From Elusimicrobiota bacterium (lineage in GTDB: Bacteria; Elusimicrobiota; Elusimicrobia; UBA1565; UBA9628), in NCBI GenBank assembly GCA_036676805.1, contig JAKFCD010000083.1, forward strand, positions 1,211 through 65,210: a stretch of DNA of 64,000 bases, written 5' to 3'. Made by a program: the position numbers and the translations under genes. Shown here piece after piece: positions 49,292 through 58,695 of the stretch; positions within the stretch are counted from its first letter, which is position 1, and each line of letters begins with the position of its first letter. The notes under the pieces are model-generated. The model did not search any database. It worked only from the letters and a program-made list of their open reading frames with translations, and was not told the DNA's origin.

Positions 49292-51550
49292 ATGAATAGC
49301 CCGATTTTCCGGAGCCTGCTCTCCTTCTCCCTGGCGCTGCTCCTCGCCGTCCCCGCCTCCGCTTTCGACAAGTACGGCGGCGGCCCCATCGTCGCCGAGC
49401 TCGTCGGGCGCCTGCTCGAGCAGACCCACTACGCGCGCCGGCCGATCGACGACGGCGTCTCCAAGGATTTCCTGCGCAACTACCTCGAGGCCTACGACTA
49501 CAACCATATGATCCTGGAGAAGAGCGACGTCGACGAGTTCGAGGCCAAGTACGGCGCCACGCTCGACGACCGCATCAAGGACGGCGACGTCGAGGGCGCC
49601 TACGAGATCCACCAGCGCGTCGTGAAGCGCCTCGAGGAGCGCGTCGCCCTGGTCAAGGCCCTGACGTCCTCGACTTTCGACTTCACCAGCGACGAGAAGA
49701 TCGTCCTCGACCGCCACGAGCTGCCCTGGCCCGCGACTCCCGAGGAGGCAAAGGAGCTCTGGCGCCTGCGCATCAAGCACGAGGTCCTGCTCGAGCGCCT
49801 CGCCAAGCTCAAGGCCGAGGAGGCCAAGGCCGCCGCCGCCAAGAAGCCCGCGGCGAAGGCCGAGGAAGCCGCCAAGCCGGCCAAGGAGCTCACGGCCAAG
49901 GAGACCATCGACCAGCGCTACGACCGCATCCTGCGCAGCTACAAGGAATACGACGGCATCGACGTGTTCTCGACCTTCGTCTCCGCCCTCACCCGCGTCT
50001 TCGACCCGCACACCGACTACCTCGCCGCGGCCCAGAAGGAGAACTTCGACATCAGCATGAAGCTCTCCCTCGTCGGCATCGGCGCCGTGCTGCGCTCCGA
50101 GGACGGCTACGCGCGCATCGTCTCCCTCGTCCCCGGCGGGCCCGCCGACTCCGACAAGCGCCTCAAGCCCAACGACAAGATCGAGGCCGTCGCCCAGGGC
50201 GACGGCCCGTTCGTCGACGCCGTCGGCATGAAGCTCGACCGCCTCGTGCAGATGATCCGCGGCGAGAAGGGCTCCACCGTGCGCATGCGCGTCATCCCGG
50301 CCGACGCGATCGATCCCGCGACGCGGGTCGTCATCACGCTCGTGCGCGACGAGATCAAGCTCACCGACCAGGAGGCCAAGGCCAAGATCTTCACCGTGCC
50401 CGGCAAGGACGGCAGGCCCTCGCGCGTCGGCGTGCTCGACCTGCCCTCGTTCTACGCCGACATGCGCGGCGGCTCCGACGGCAAGAGCGCCACGCGCGAC
50501 ACCGAGCGCCTGATCGGGGAGATGAAGCGGCGCGGCGTGGACTCGCTGATCATCGACCTGCGGCGCGACGGGGGCGGCTCGCTGTCCGAGGCCGTCTCGC
50601 TCACCGGCCTGTTCATCAACACGGGCCCCGTCGTCCAGGTCAAGGACACCCGCGGCACGATCAAGCTGCTGCGCGACAACGACCCGACGACGGCCTTCGA
50701 CGGGCCGATGATCGTGCTGACGTCCCACGGCTCCGCCTCGGCCTCCGAGATCTTCGCGGCGGCCCTGCAGGACTACGGCCGCGGCGTCGTCGTCGGCGAG
50801 AAGAAGACCTTCGGCAAGGGCACGGTGCAGTCCGTGCTCGAGCTCAACCAGTACCTTCCCCCCGCCTACCGTTCCTACAAGCCCGGCGCGCTGAAGCTGA
50901 CGATCCAGAAGTTCTACCGCGTCTCCGGCGGCTCGACGCAGAACCGCGGCGTGCTGCCCGACATCCACATCCCCTTCTACGGGGACATCAGCGAGTCGAC
51001 CGAGAGCTCGCAGAAGGGCGCGCTCCCCTACGACGAGGTCGAGCCCGTCCCCTACGACCGCAGCGCCGCCCTGCAGGCGCGGCTCTCCGCCTTGGCCAAG
51101 GCCTCGACCGCCCGCGTCGCGAGCTCGCGCGAGTTCCAGTGGATCAAGGAGGACATGGCCCGCTGGGAGAAGCAGAAGAAGGACAAGGGCCTTTCGCTCA
51201 ACGAGGATAAGCGCCTGGCCGAGCGCAGGACCGACGAGGAGCGCCTCGCCGCGCGCAAGAAGGAGCGCGGCGCCCGCAAGGAGAAGCCCTACGCCTCCGA
51301 GGAGATCACCTTGGCCATCCTCGACGGCAAGGCGCCCGCCGTCTCCACGACGACCGCCGCGGCGCCCGGCGCCGGGACCTCCGCGACCACGAGCCTCGAC
51401 GAGGACGCTCCCGGCTTCGAGGCCGCGGCCGACGCGCCCGACTCCGTGCTCGACGAGACCTTGCGCATCGCGGCCGACCTGACCGCGATGACGCCGCCCG
51501 CGCCGGCGGGCCAGGCCGAGCGCCGCCGCCGCCGGGCCGTGACCCAGTGA
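49292..51550 (+). CDS. prc: Carboxy-terminal processing protease (S41, Tsp/Prc)
   Basis: DPHTDY, GIGAVL (PDZ), DLRRDGGG, SASASEI, GKGTVQ and STQNRGV. Confidence 0.95.
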   Translation: MNSPIFRSLLSFSLALLLAVPASAFDKYGGGPIVAELVGRLLEQTHYARRPIDDGVSKDFLRNYLEAYDYNHMILEKSDVDEFEAKYGATLDDRIKDGDVEGAYEIHQRVVKRLEERVALVKALTSSTFDFTSDEKIVLDRHELPWPATPEEAKELWRLRIKHEVLLERLAKLKAEEAKAAAAKKPAAKAEEAAKPAKELTAKETIDQRYDRILRSYKEYDGIDVFSTFVSALTRVFDPHTDYLAAAQKENFDISMKLSLVGIGAVLRSEDGYARIVSLVPGGPADSDKRLKPNDKIEAVAQGDGPFVDAVGMKLDRLVQMIRGEKGSTVRMRVIPADAIDPATRVVITLVRDEIKLTDQEAKAKIFTVPGKDGRPSRVGVLDLPSFYADMRGGSDGKSATRDTERLIGEMKRRGVDSLIIDLRRDGGGSLSEAVSLTGLFINTGPVVQVKDTRGTIKLLRDNDPTTAFDGPMIVLTSHGSASASEIFAAALQDYGRGVVVGEKKTFGKGTVQSVLELNQYLPPAYRSYKPGALKLTIQKFYRVSGGSTQNRGVLPDIHIPFYGDISESTESSQKGALPYDEVEPVPYDRSAALQARLSALAKASTARVASSREFQWIKEDMARWEKQKKDKGLSLNEDKRLAERRTDEERLAARKKERGARKEKPYASEEITLAILDGKAPAVSTTTAAAPGAGTSATTSLDEDAPGFEAAADAPDSVLDETLRIAADLTAMTPPAPAGQAERRRRRAVTQ

Positions 51551-51611
51551 ACGGCGCCTTGTAGGGAAAATCACGGGCTGAGGGCTGGCGCCGCCGGCGG
51601 CGTTTGATAGA

Positions 51612-54347
51612 ATGCCCGCTCCCGTGATCGCTTTCCTCCTCGCCTTCGCCGTCGCCGCGCATGCGGCTCCCCCCGTAAGGCTGGCGCTCATCGAGGACTC
51701 TCCGACGCGCACGACCCTGCAGCTCGCCCAGCCCCTCGAGCGGGTGCTGCGCGACGCCGGGGCGGACGCCGCCTTGCTCGGAGTGGAGAGCGTGCCGGTC
51801 TACTTCGGCGGCCCCGACTATCGCTTCCGCCTGCCCCCGGGCCGCGGGGCGCCCAACGGCGAGGAGACCTCGACGGCCGCCTTTCTCGAGGGAGACGCGG
51901 CGGTCGTGTTCGTGTTCCCGGCCGAGGAGTCCCTCGTCGAGGCCCTGCGCCTGGCCGCCGCCGACCCGAGGACCTTCCGCGCGCCCGACTCGGTGCGCCT
52001 GACGCCGGGCGACGCCGAGTTCGCCTCGACGACCGGGCCCGACGGCGAGACCCTGCTCTTCCTGCGCGCGCGCCTGCAGCGCCCGGCCACCGGGCGCCTG
52101 CGCTCGGGGCTCGCCGCCTACTACCGCCTGCGCTGGAAGGGCCGGGACGCCGCCGTCGCCGTCGTCGGGCGCACGTTCGGCGGCCTCGGCCGCCTGGGCG
52201 CGGCCGCGGAGCGCGAGGCGGCGGGCGGGCCCTTCACCGGCCTCGCGCGCGGCGGCACGTTCGGCTCGCCCGCCTCCGACGCGCGCGGCCCGGCCGTGCT
52301 GGCCGCCCTCGAGCGCGCGGGCCTGCGCCTGGCCTCGGCCTCCGCCTCCGAGCTCGAGCACTGGAAGGCGCTGACGGCCCACGCCGGCGGCGTGCGCTGG
52401 CTCTCGGCGAATCTCGTCTATTCGACTCAGACGACGCGGACGGTCCTGGAGCCCTACGCGGTGTTCACGGCCTCGGGCGCGCGCGTCGCCGTGGCCGGCC
52501 TCACGCCGCCGTCGGCCGAGCGGCTTCTGAAGGCGCACGGCCTCGACGGCTTCAAGATTCTCGAGCCGCTCGCGGCGCTCGAGCCCCTCATACCGCGCAT
52601 GCGCGAGGAGGCCGACCTCGTCCTCGTGCTGTCCGACCTGCCGCCCGCCGAGCAGGCGCGGCTGAGCACGCTCGCGCGCGGCCTGGACCTGATCGTCGGC
52701 GACGACGCGCCCTTCGTGAGCCATACCCCTCCGCCGGCGAGCGTCGTCGAGCAGGACGACCGGCCGGTTTTCGCCAACGCCTTCCCCCCCCTGCGCGTCT
52801 ACGCGCCGGCGCTCAACGTCATCGAGGTCGCGCGCGCTCCCGACGGCGACCGCGTCGACTGGCGCGTCGCGCAGTCGGCGGTCTTCCTCGACGACTCCGT
52901 CAATCCCGCTCGCGGCTATCCCGAGGGCTCCTTCGACGCCTTCTCGATCGTCAGCTCCACGATCCCGCCGCTGCTGCCCGACGCGCGCGCCGTCTTCGCG
53001 GCCCATGAGCGCGCCGGCGGCTTCCCGATCTACGGGCCGCGCGACTTCTGGACCCTGGCGGCGGTCCTGCTCTCCGAGCGGGGCAAGGCCGAGGCGGGGC
53101 TCCTGCTTGCCCCTCCGCTCGGCGTCCAGAGCGTCGGCGAGATCCGCGAGTCCTACGTCCGCGAGTGGCTCGGGCCCTCCGACCCGGCGGTCACCGTCTC
53201 GCTCAAGGGCGACCGGCTGCGCGCCCTCATCGAGGAGGCGGCTTCCCAGGCCCGCCGCGAGGCCTCCGGCGTCTCGCTCGGACCGCGGCCGCGCTTCGTC
53301 GTCGGCGGCGTGGATTCCAAGAAGCGCCTGCGCGGCGCCCCGCTCGACCCGTCCGGGACCTACCGAGTGGCGACCTCGCGCGCGGCCGCCGACGCCCTGG
53401 GCCTGCCCGAGCCCCGCGAGCCGCTGCTGAAGTCGCCCGCCGTCGGCCCCGCCGTGCTCGACGAGCTCCGCGCGCGGGCGGGGCGCACGCCGCCCGCCGG
53501 CTACCGCGCCTGGATGGAGGGCGCGCCCGTGAGCGAGCCCGGCCTCTGGCGCCTGAACTTCCGCGACGTCGGGCTGAACCTGCGCCAGACCAAGGTCTCG
53601 CGCTCCGACGAGTTCGACGCGGTGCCCAACTCCCGCGTCCAGGGCTTCGACGAGCTCCTCGTCGGCGGCGTGTTCAAGGCCGACGCCGAGTATCTCAAGG
53701 GCGAGTTCAAATGGACGAGCACCGTCGAGGCCGAGTACGCCAAGAGCCGCATCGAGCCGCGCGACGCGCCCGCGACCGTCAACCTCGCGTCCAACCGCGT
53801 CATGCTTCTGACCTTGGGCACCCACCGCGCCGGGCAGATCCGCCGGGAATGGCTCGCCCGCTCCTGGGGTCCGTCGCTCGGCCTGCAGTACGACGGCGAG
53901 TTCGAGGCCGCGCGCGGCCTGCGCCGCAAGCAGGCCTACAGCCTTTTCCCCGGCGTCGAGCTCTTCGACGGGACCTTCGTGCGCACCTTCACGCTCTCGG
54001 GCATCCTCAAGCGCGACCTGGGCCGCGAGCCGCCGAACACCCAGAGCGGCCTGCGCCTGCGCTCCGTGTTCTCCCGCGAGCTCGGGCCGTCCAAGGCCCT
54101 GCTCCAGGGCGAGCTCTGGAACAACTACTTCTTCCTGACCAAGCAGGACACCGCGGGCGACCTTCGCCTCGAGGGCGACTTCAACGTCAAGCTGCGCGTC
54201 CCGGTCCGCCGCCACCTGACCGTGGCCCCGTTCTTCGACTTCTACTGGTTCCAACTCAAGACCCGCCCCGACAAGGGCTACAGCATGACCATGGGCGTCT
54301 CCATCGGCTTCTCGCGGCTGTGGAAGCCCCAGTACGAGACGTTCTAA
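51612..54347 (+). CDS. Secreted protein with a degenerate 5'-nucleotidase-like region and C-terminal beta-barrel
   Basis: WLSANLV, PYAVF..GARVAVAGLT, ADLVLVLS, GLDLIVGD and LDPSGTYRVAT; amphipathic beta strands and terminal Phe. Start may be GTG 51624. Confidence 0.65.
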   Translation: MPAPVIAFLLAFAVAAHAAPPVRLALIEDSPTRTTLQLAQPLERVLRDAGADAALLGVESVPVYFGGPDYRFRLPPGRGAPNGEETSTAAFLEGDAAVVFVFPAEESLVEALRLAAADPRTFRAPDSVRLTPGDAEFASTTGPDGETLLFLRARLQRPATGRLRSGLAAYYRLRWKGRDAAVAVVGRTFGGLGRLGAAAEREAAGGPFTGLARGGTFGSPASDARGPAVLAALERAGLRLASASASELEHWKALTAHAGGVRWLSANLVYSTQTTRTVLEPYAVFTASGARVAVAGLTPPSAERLLKAHGLDGFKILEPLAALEPLIPRMREEADLVLVLSDLPPAEQARLSTLARGLDLIVGDDAPFVSHTPPPASVVEQDDRPVFANAFPPLRVYAPALNVIEVARAPDGDRVDWRVAQSAVFLDDSVNPARGYPEGSFDAFSIVSSTIPPLLPDARAVFAAHERAGGFPIYGPRDFWTLAAVLLSERGKAEAGLLLAPPLGVQSVGEIRESYVREWLGPSDPAVTVSLKGDRLRALIEEAASQARREASGVSLGPRPRFVVGGVDSKKRLRGAPLDPSGTYRVATSRAAADALGLPEPREPLLKSPAVGPAVLDELRARAGRTPPAGYRAWMEGAPVSEPGLWRLNFRDVGLNLRQTKVSRSDEFDAVPNSRVQGFDELLVGGVFKADAEYLKGEFKWTSTVEAEYAKSRIEPRDAPATVNLASNRVMLLTLGTHRAGQIRREWLARSWGPSLGLQYDGEFEAARGLRRKQAYSLFPGVELFDGTFVRTFTLSGILKRDLGREPPNTQSGLRLRSVFSRELGPSKALLQGELWNNYFFLTKQDTAGDLRLEGDFNVKLRVPVRRHLTVAPFFDFYWFQLKTRPDKGYSMTMGVSIGFSRLWKPQYETF

Positions 54348-54376
54348 CTTTCGTTTGACAGCCGTAACGGCGACTA

Positions 54377-54405
54377 TTGACAGAGCCCGCTACGGGGTCT
54401 ACACT
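54377..54405 (+). promoter_or_regulatory. Sigma70 promoter
   Basis: TTGACA-17 nt-TACACT, then SD GGGAGG. Confidence 0.75.
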
Positions 54406-54426
54406 GTCAGTCGCGGGAGGCCCCCC

Positions 54427-55194
54427 ATGAAATCGACCGGTTTTCTCGTTTTCGCCGGCATAATGGCCGTGATGCTCGGGTCTCCGCTCCCGGCCCTCGC
54501 CGAGGAGGATGAGGAGGAGGAATACGAGGAGGAAGCCTCAAACGACTCCCCCACGACCACGACCTCCACGAACGCGGGGGTGCCCGCGATCGACGAGCCG
54601 GCCCCGAAGCCCGTCTACCGGCGGCAAAGACCGGCCCGGCCGCGCGCTATTCCCCGCAATCCCGAGGGAGGGGGCGGAGGCGGAGGCTTCCCGCGTCAAC
54701 AGCCGGAAAGCGACGAGCCCGAATCCGATCCCGGCGAGAACGAAAATACATGGGAGCCGGAAACGCCCCGGGGAAAACCGGCGAACAACGTCTGCGACAT
54801 GCCCCCCCTGCGCCACATCAATGTCCACCTGATGGGCGGCAACGGCAACCGCTTCAAGGTCGACTCCACCCCGATCGTCTGCTCCACCGACCCCGGGACG
54901 AGGCACGAGCGCTACTGCCAGGAGACCATGCGCGACAACAACCGCCGCTGCTGCCCGGTCAAGCCCGAGGGACATCCGATGCGCGTGGCCTGCGAGCTGC
55001 TCCTGCTCGGCAAAGACCCCACAGACGGCATCGCCGGGCCGCGCTGGTCCTACATCGGCAGCGCCGGCGGAGTCGAACGGCACCCGGACAATCCCTTCCT
55101 GGCCTTCGCCTACGGCAAGGGCATCGTCCGCGCCTGCTCGAACGTGGCCAAGGTTTGCGGAGAAAAGGCCTTTAAGGTTCCCAACGCGAAATAA
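54427..55194 (+). CDS. Secreted Cys-rich protein, paralog A
   Basis: Signal peptide, acidic/Pro linker, domain INVHLMGGNGN..DSTPIVC..CCPVKPEGHP; start corrected. Confidence 0.8.
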   Translation: MKSTGFLVFAGIMAVMLGSPLPALAEEDEEEEYEEEASNDSPTTTTSTNAGVPAIDEPAPKPVYRRQRPARPRAIPRNPEGGGGGGGFPRQQPESDEPESDPGENENTWEPETPRGKPANNVCDMPPLRHINVHLMGGNGNRFKVDSTPIVCSTDPGTRHERYCQETMRDNNRRCCPVKPEGHPMRVACELLLLGKDPTDGIAGPRWSYIGSAGGVERHPDNPFLAFAYGKGIVRACSNVAKVCGEKAFKVPNAK

Positions 55195-55196
55195 CC

Positions 55197-56423
55197 ATGT
55201 ATTTTCTCGGCCTCGACTTGCGTAAAGCCGCGCCCTTGGCTTTCGTCTTCGCCGCGTTGGCCTGCGGCGGCGGCATCGACGGCGGAGCGGGGGGCTGCGG
55301 CCCCGAGTTCGACGCCGACAAGATCGCCGAGGACGCCAAGAAAGGCAACAACACCAAGGAAGGCGCCGCAGCCCGGGCCGCGGCGGCCGACGCCGTCATC
55401 AAGACGGGCGAGGGCTACAAGAAGGACGGCTTCGCCGGCGCGGTCGAAGGATTTTCCGGAAGCGACGCCTTGCCGGGCTCGCCGAAAAGCGAGTTCGCAC
55501 GCTTGGCCCGGTCGCTGCCGCCCACGGAGGAAAACCGCAAGCTCATCGAGCAGGCCATGGGCCGGGAGGCCGCCCGCAGCGGCCCGGGACGGACCACCGA
55601 TCTCGCCGGAAACGGCGGCTACGCCTCCGTCGTCACCGGTGCCGACGGCCAGCCCAAGTGGCAGTGGAACGCCTACGACGGGAAGCACTCCGCGCCCAAG
55701 GGCTTCGACAAGCCGTACGTCCCCCCCGCGGGCTCCGCGCCGGCCGCGGCTCCCGTCGCCGAGACCGCCCCCGCCTCCACCACCGACCCGGCGATGACGC
55801 CGCCCGCCGGCTACACGGGCTGCTGGCCGAAGCCGCCGCCCGTCAGCAAGATCAACCTCCATCTGATGGGCGGCAACGGCAACCGCCGCATCGTCGATTC
55901 GACGCCGATCGTCTGCTCGGGGAGCTACTGCTCGGCGATCGGCTTCGCCGGGCGCGGCTGCTGCCCTGTACGCCCGGAAGGCGACCCCATGCGCACGAAG
56001 TGCGAGGCGGAGGTCATGGGCAAGAACGGGCCGCGCTGGATGTTCAAAGGCAACGGCCGCATCGAGAAGCGCGAGGACAACCCCTACCTCGCCTGGGCCT
56101 ACGGCATCGGCTGGGCCGGTGCCTGCTCGGGCATCTCGCCGGTGTGCAACTGGATCGAGGTGAAAAACGAGAACGCCCTCAAGGAACTCGAAGCGGCCAA
56201 GACCGCGTCGGCCGCCGGAGCGGGCGGCGGGGGCGGAGGCGGGGGCGGAGGAGGATCGTCGGGGTCCGGCTCGCCCTCGGGTTCGAGCGGCTCTGCGCCG
56301 AAATCCGGCGACGGAACGCCGCTGAAGGCCTCGACGGACACAGCACCGGGCAACTCCAACCTGGAAAGCCTGATTCCGACGATCCCCGAGGTCGCGCCGG
56401 CCACGGACACGCCGCCGTATTAA
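55197..56423 (+). CDS. Cys-rich putative lipoprotein, paralog B
   Basis: AALAC lipobox; the same domain INLHLMGGNGN..DSTPIVC..CCPVRPEGDP; Gly/Ser tail. Confidence 0.8.
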   Translation: MYFLGLDLRKAAPLAFVFAALACGGGIDGGAGGCGPEFDADKIAEDAKKGNNTKEGAAARAAAADAVIKTGEGYKKDGFAGAVEGFSGSDALPGSPKSEFARLARSLPPTEENRKLIEQAMGREAARSGPGRTTDLAGNGGYASVVTGADGQPKWQWNAYDGKHSAPKGFDKPYVPPAGSAPAAAPVAETAPASTTDPAMTPPAGYTGCWPKPPPVSKINLHLMGGNGNRRIVDSTPIVCSGSYCSAIGFAGRGCCPVRPEGDPMRTKCEAEVMGKNGPRWMFKGNGRIEKREDNPYLAWAYGIGWAGACSGISPVCNWIEVKNENALKELEAAKTASAAGAGGGGGGGGGGGSSGSGSPSGSSGSAPKSGDGTPLKASTDTAPGNSNLESLIPTIPEVAPATDTPPY

Positions 56424-56519
56424 ACGGCGGCGGCCGCGGAGCCGGTCAGGCCGGCCTCGAAGAGTATCTCATAGGCGCGGCCGAACGGCGCGGGCTTGCT
56501 CGCGTACAGGCTGATCTTC
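56420..56519 (-). pseudogene. Orphan duplicate of the thpR 3' end
   Basis: Encodes KISLYASKPAPFGRAYEILFEA..stop; 56454-56519 matches 57575-57640 at 63 of 66 nt. Confidence 0.85.
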
Positions 56520-56617
56520 ACTAGGACCTCGGGCCCAAAACGGCGTAGGCCGGCTGTCGGCGCCCGCCGGGCCATGACGCGCCCCCCTCCTCCCTCCAAG
56601 CGCGCTAGAATCGACCT

Positions 56618-57556
56618 ATGATCGCGGCGCTGCTGCTCCTCCTCGCCTCCACGGCCCATGCCGGCGTCGCGCGCGCGCCCGCCGCGCTCGGGCGCCTTCC
56701 GCTCTCCGCCGCGGCGACCTCCGTCTCCGCGCCGCCGTCTTTGCCCCCGTTCCTGAGCGTCGCCGACCCCGCCGACGGGCCGCGGCTCGCCGCCGTCCTC
56801 CAAGCCGCCCAAGCCTCCCCGACGGCCGTCGCCGTGCTGGCCCGAGTCGCGCGCGCGGCCGAGGCCCGCGGCCGCCCCGTCCTCGTCGAGGTCGCGGACA
56901 TGGAGGAGGCGGGGACCTGGAACCTGGACTGGGGCATCCTCAGCCTGCGCCGCGGCGACATGAACGCCGCGCCCCGCGAGAACGTCTCGACCTTGATCCA
57001 CGAGCTGCAGCACCTTCTCCAGACCCGGCCCGAAATCCCCTCGGACCTCCTGGAGACCGAGCTCGAGGCCTTCGTCGTGGATTTCCGCGTCGGGCGCGAA
57101 CTCGGCGTCCGGCCCGCGCCCGGCTCGCACGACGCGAGGGCCCAGGCCGCCTTCAGGGAAGGGCTCGAGCCGTTCCTGGGCTACCTGCGCGCGCAATATC
57201 CGGAGAACGCCCAGCTGCACAAGACGCGCGCCCGCGCCTATGAGGCCCGGCTGCGCGCCGGCCTCGAGGCCTCGGTCTCGGAGCTCGAGCGGCTGAGCGT
57301 CGAGCGCGCGGACCGGGAGCGCGTGCTCGACCGGATGCGCGCGCTCGGACACTCGCGGGCGGAGGTCGAGCACTACCGGCAGGACGCCGTCGCGCCCATC
57401 GACGCGGATATCTCGGCGATGCGCCGCGCGATCGGCTGGGCGAAGGCGGACCTGGCGATCCTCGCCGACCCCGCGGCGCGGGCGCGGGCCCGCGCCTACG
57501 CGCGCTCCGTCATCCGCCGCGCGCGCGCCTTCCAGAAGATCTTCGCGCGCGATTAA
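56618..57556 (+). CDS. Secreted HEXXH zinc metallopeptidase-like protein
   Basis: Signal peptide ending AHA; STLIHELQH..ETELEAF; helical C-terminus. Confidence 0.75.
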   Translation: MIAALLLLLASTAHAGVARAPAALGRLPLSAAATSVSAPPSLPPFLSVADPADGPRLAAVLQAAQASPTAVAVLARVARAAEARGRPVLVEVADMEEAGTWNLDWGILSLRRGDMNAAPRENVSTLIHELQHLLQTRPEIPSDLLETELEAFVVDFRVGRELGVRPAPGSHDARAQAAFREGLEPFLGYLRAQYPENAQLHKTRARAYEARLRAGLEASVSELERLSVERADRERVLDRMRALGHSRAEVEHYRQDAVAPIDADISAMRRAIGWAKADLAILADPAARARARAYARSVIRRARAFQKIFARD

Positions 57557-58092
57557 GCGCCGCCGGCCAGCTTCGCCTCGAAGAGTATCTCGTAGGCGTG
57601 GCCGAACGGGGCGGGCTTGCTCGCGTACAGGCTGATCTTCGTCACCGGGCGGCGCAGGCCGAGGACGGGCTCGGCCTTGAGGGCGGCGACGAAGGCGGGC
57701 GGGGCGGCTTCGTCGCGGTTGCGCCCCAAGGTGAGGTGAGGCGAGTACGGGCGCGGCTCGTCGCGTCCGAGCAGGCCGGCGAGCTTCTCCATCGCCTCTG
57801 CGCCCTCGCTCAGGCCGATCCAGACCACGCGCGCCTCCTCGTGCGAGTCAAAGGCGTCCACGGCGCCGTAGACGATCTCGAACGGGGCCGTCGCGGCCGC
57901 GGCGCGCGCCATAAGCTCGCGGATCTCGGGCAGCCTCTCCTCGGTCGCCGTCCCGATCCAGCGCAAGGTCGTGTGCATGTCGCGCGGGTCCACCCAGCGG
58001 AAGCTTCCGCCGGCACGGCGCAGGCGCGCGACGGCCTCGGCGGCGGCCGATTTGATCTCCTCGTCCGCGGCGACGGCGATGAACAGGCGCAT
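57553..58092 (-). CDS. thpR: RNA 2',3'-cyclic phosphodiesterase (2'-5' RNA ligase family)
   Basis: MRLFIAV and two HxT motifs (HTTLRWIG, PHLTLGR). Confidence 0.93.
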   Translation of the reverse strand: MRLFIAVAADEEIKSAAAEAVARLRRAGGSFRWVDPRDMHTTLRWIGTATEERLPEIRELMARAAAATAPFEIVYGAVDAFDSHEEARVVWIGLSEGAEAMEKLAGLLGRDEPRPYSPHLTLGRNRDEAAPPAFVAALKAEPVLGLRRPVTKISLYASKPAPFGHAYEILFEAKLAGGA

Positions 58093-58111
58093 AAGAGATA
58101 AACTATATCTC

Positions 58112-58570
58112 ATGAAAGCCGTGGCGACGCGAGTTTTGTCGGCCTCCGTCCACTTGCGGGACGGCGAGCGCTCCGGAGAGAAGCGCTCGATCGGCCCCGG
58201 CCTTCTCATCCTGCTCGGCGTCGCGCTCGAGGACGACGAGGGGTCGGTCAAGAAGCTCGTCGACAAGCTCCTCGCCCTCCGGATTTTTTCCAACGACGGA
58301 GGCAAGTTCGACAAGTCCGTCCTGGACATCCGCGGCGAGATACTCCTCGTTTCCCAGTTCACCTTGTGCGCCTCGCTCAAGGGCGGCCGCCGCCCCGACT
58401 TCACCGCGGCCGCGCGTCCGGACAAGGCCGAGCCCTTGTACCGCCGCGCCGCGCAGCTGCTCGCGGCCGCGGGCTTGACGGTCCGCACCGGGGATTTCGG
58501 CGCGTCCATGGCCGTCGAATCGGTCAACGACGGCCCGGTGACCATCCTCCTCGACACCGTTTCGTTCTAG
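58112..58570 (+). CDS. dtd: D-aminoacyl-tRNA deacylase
   Basis: LRIFS, VSQFTL, GRRPDF and FGASMAV..VNDGPVT. Confidence 0.95.
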   Translation: MKAVATRVLSASVHLRDGERSGEKRSIGPGLLILLGVALEDDEGSVKKLVDKLLALRIFSNDGGKFDKSVLDIRGEILLVSQFTLCASLKGGRRPDFTAAARPDKAEPLYRRAAQLLAAAGLTVRTGDFGASMAVESVNDGPVTILLDTVSF

Positions 58571-58695
58571 GCCTTTCGGGCAATATTGAAATTTTGTGTT
58601 GTTTTTACTGCGCAATTGCAGTTGACCCTCATCAAATGCGCGGGTTGACCGCTCTCATCGGTGTTTATTCGCGAGCTTCCTATACTGTAGGGGCA

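Noticed and set aside
56220-56300. GGCGGR tandem run
   Set aside because: Encodes a poly-Gly/Ser linker; ordinary low-complexity coding sequence.
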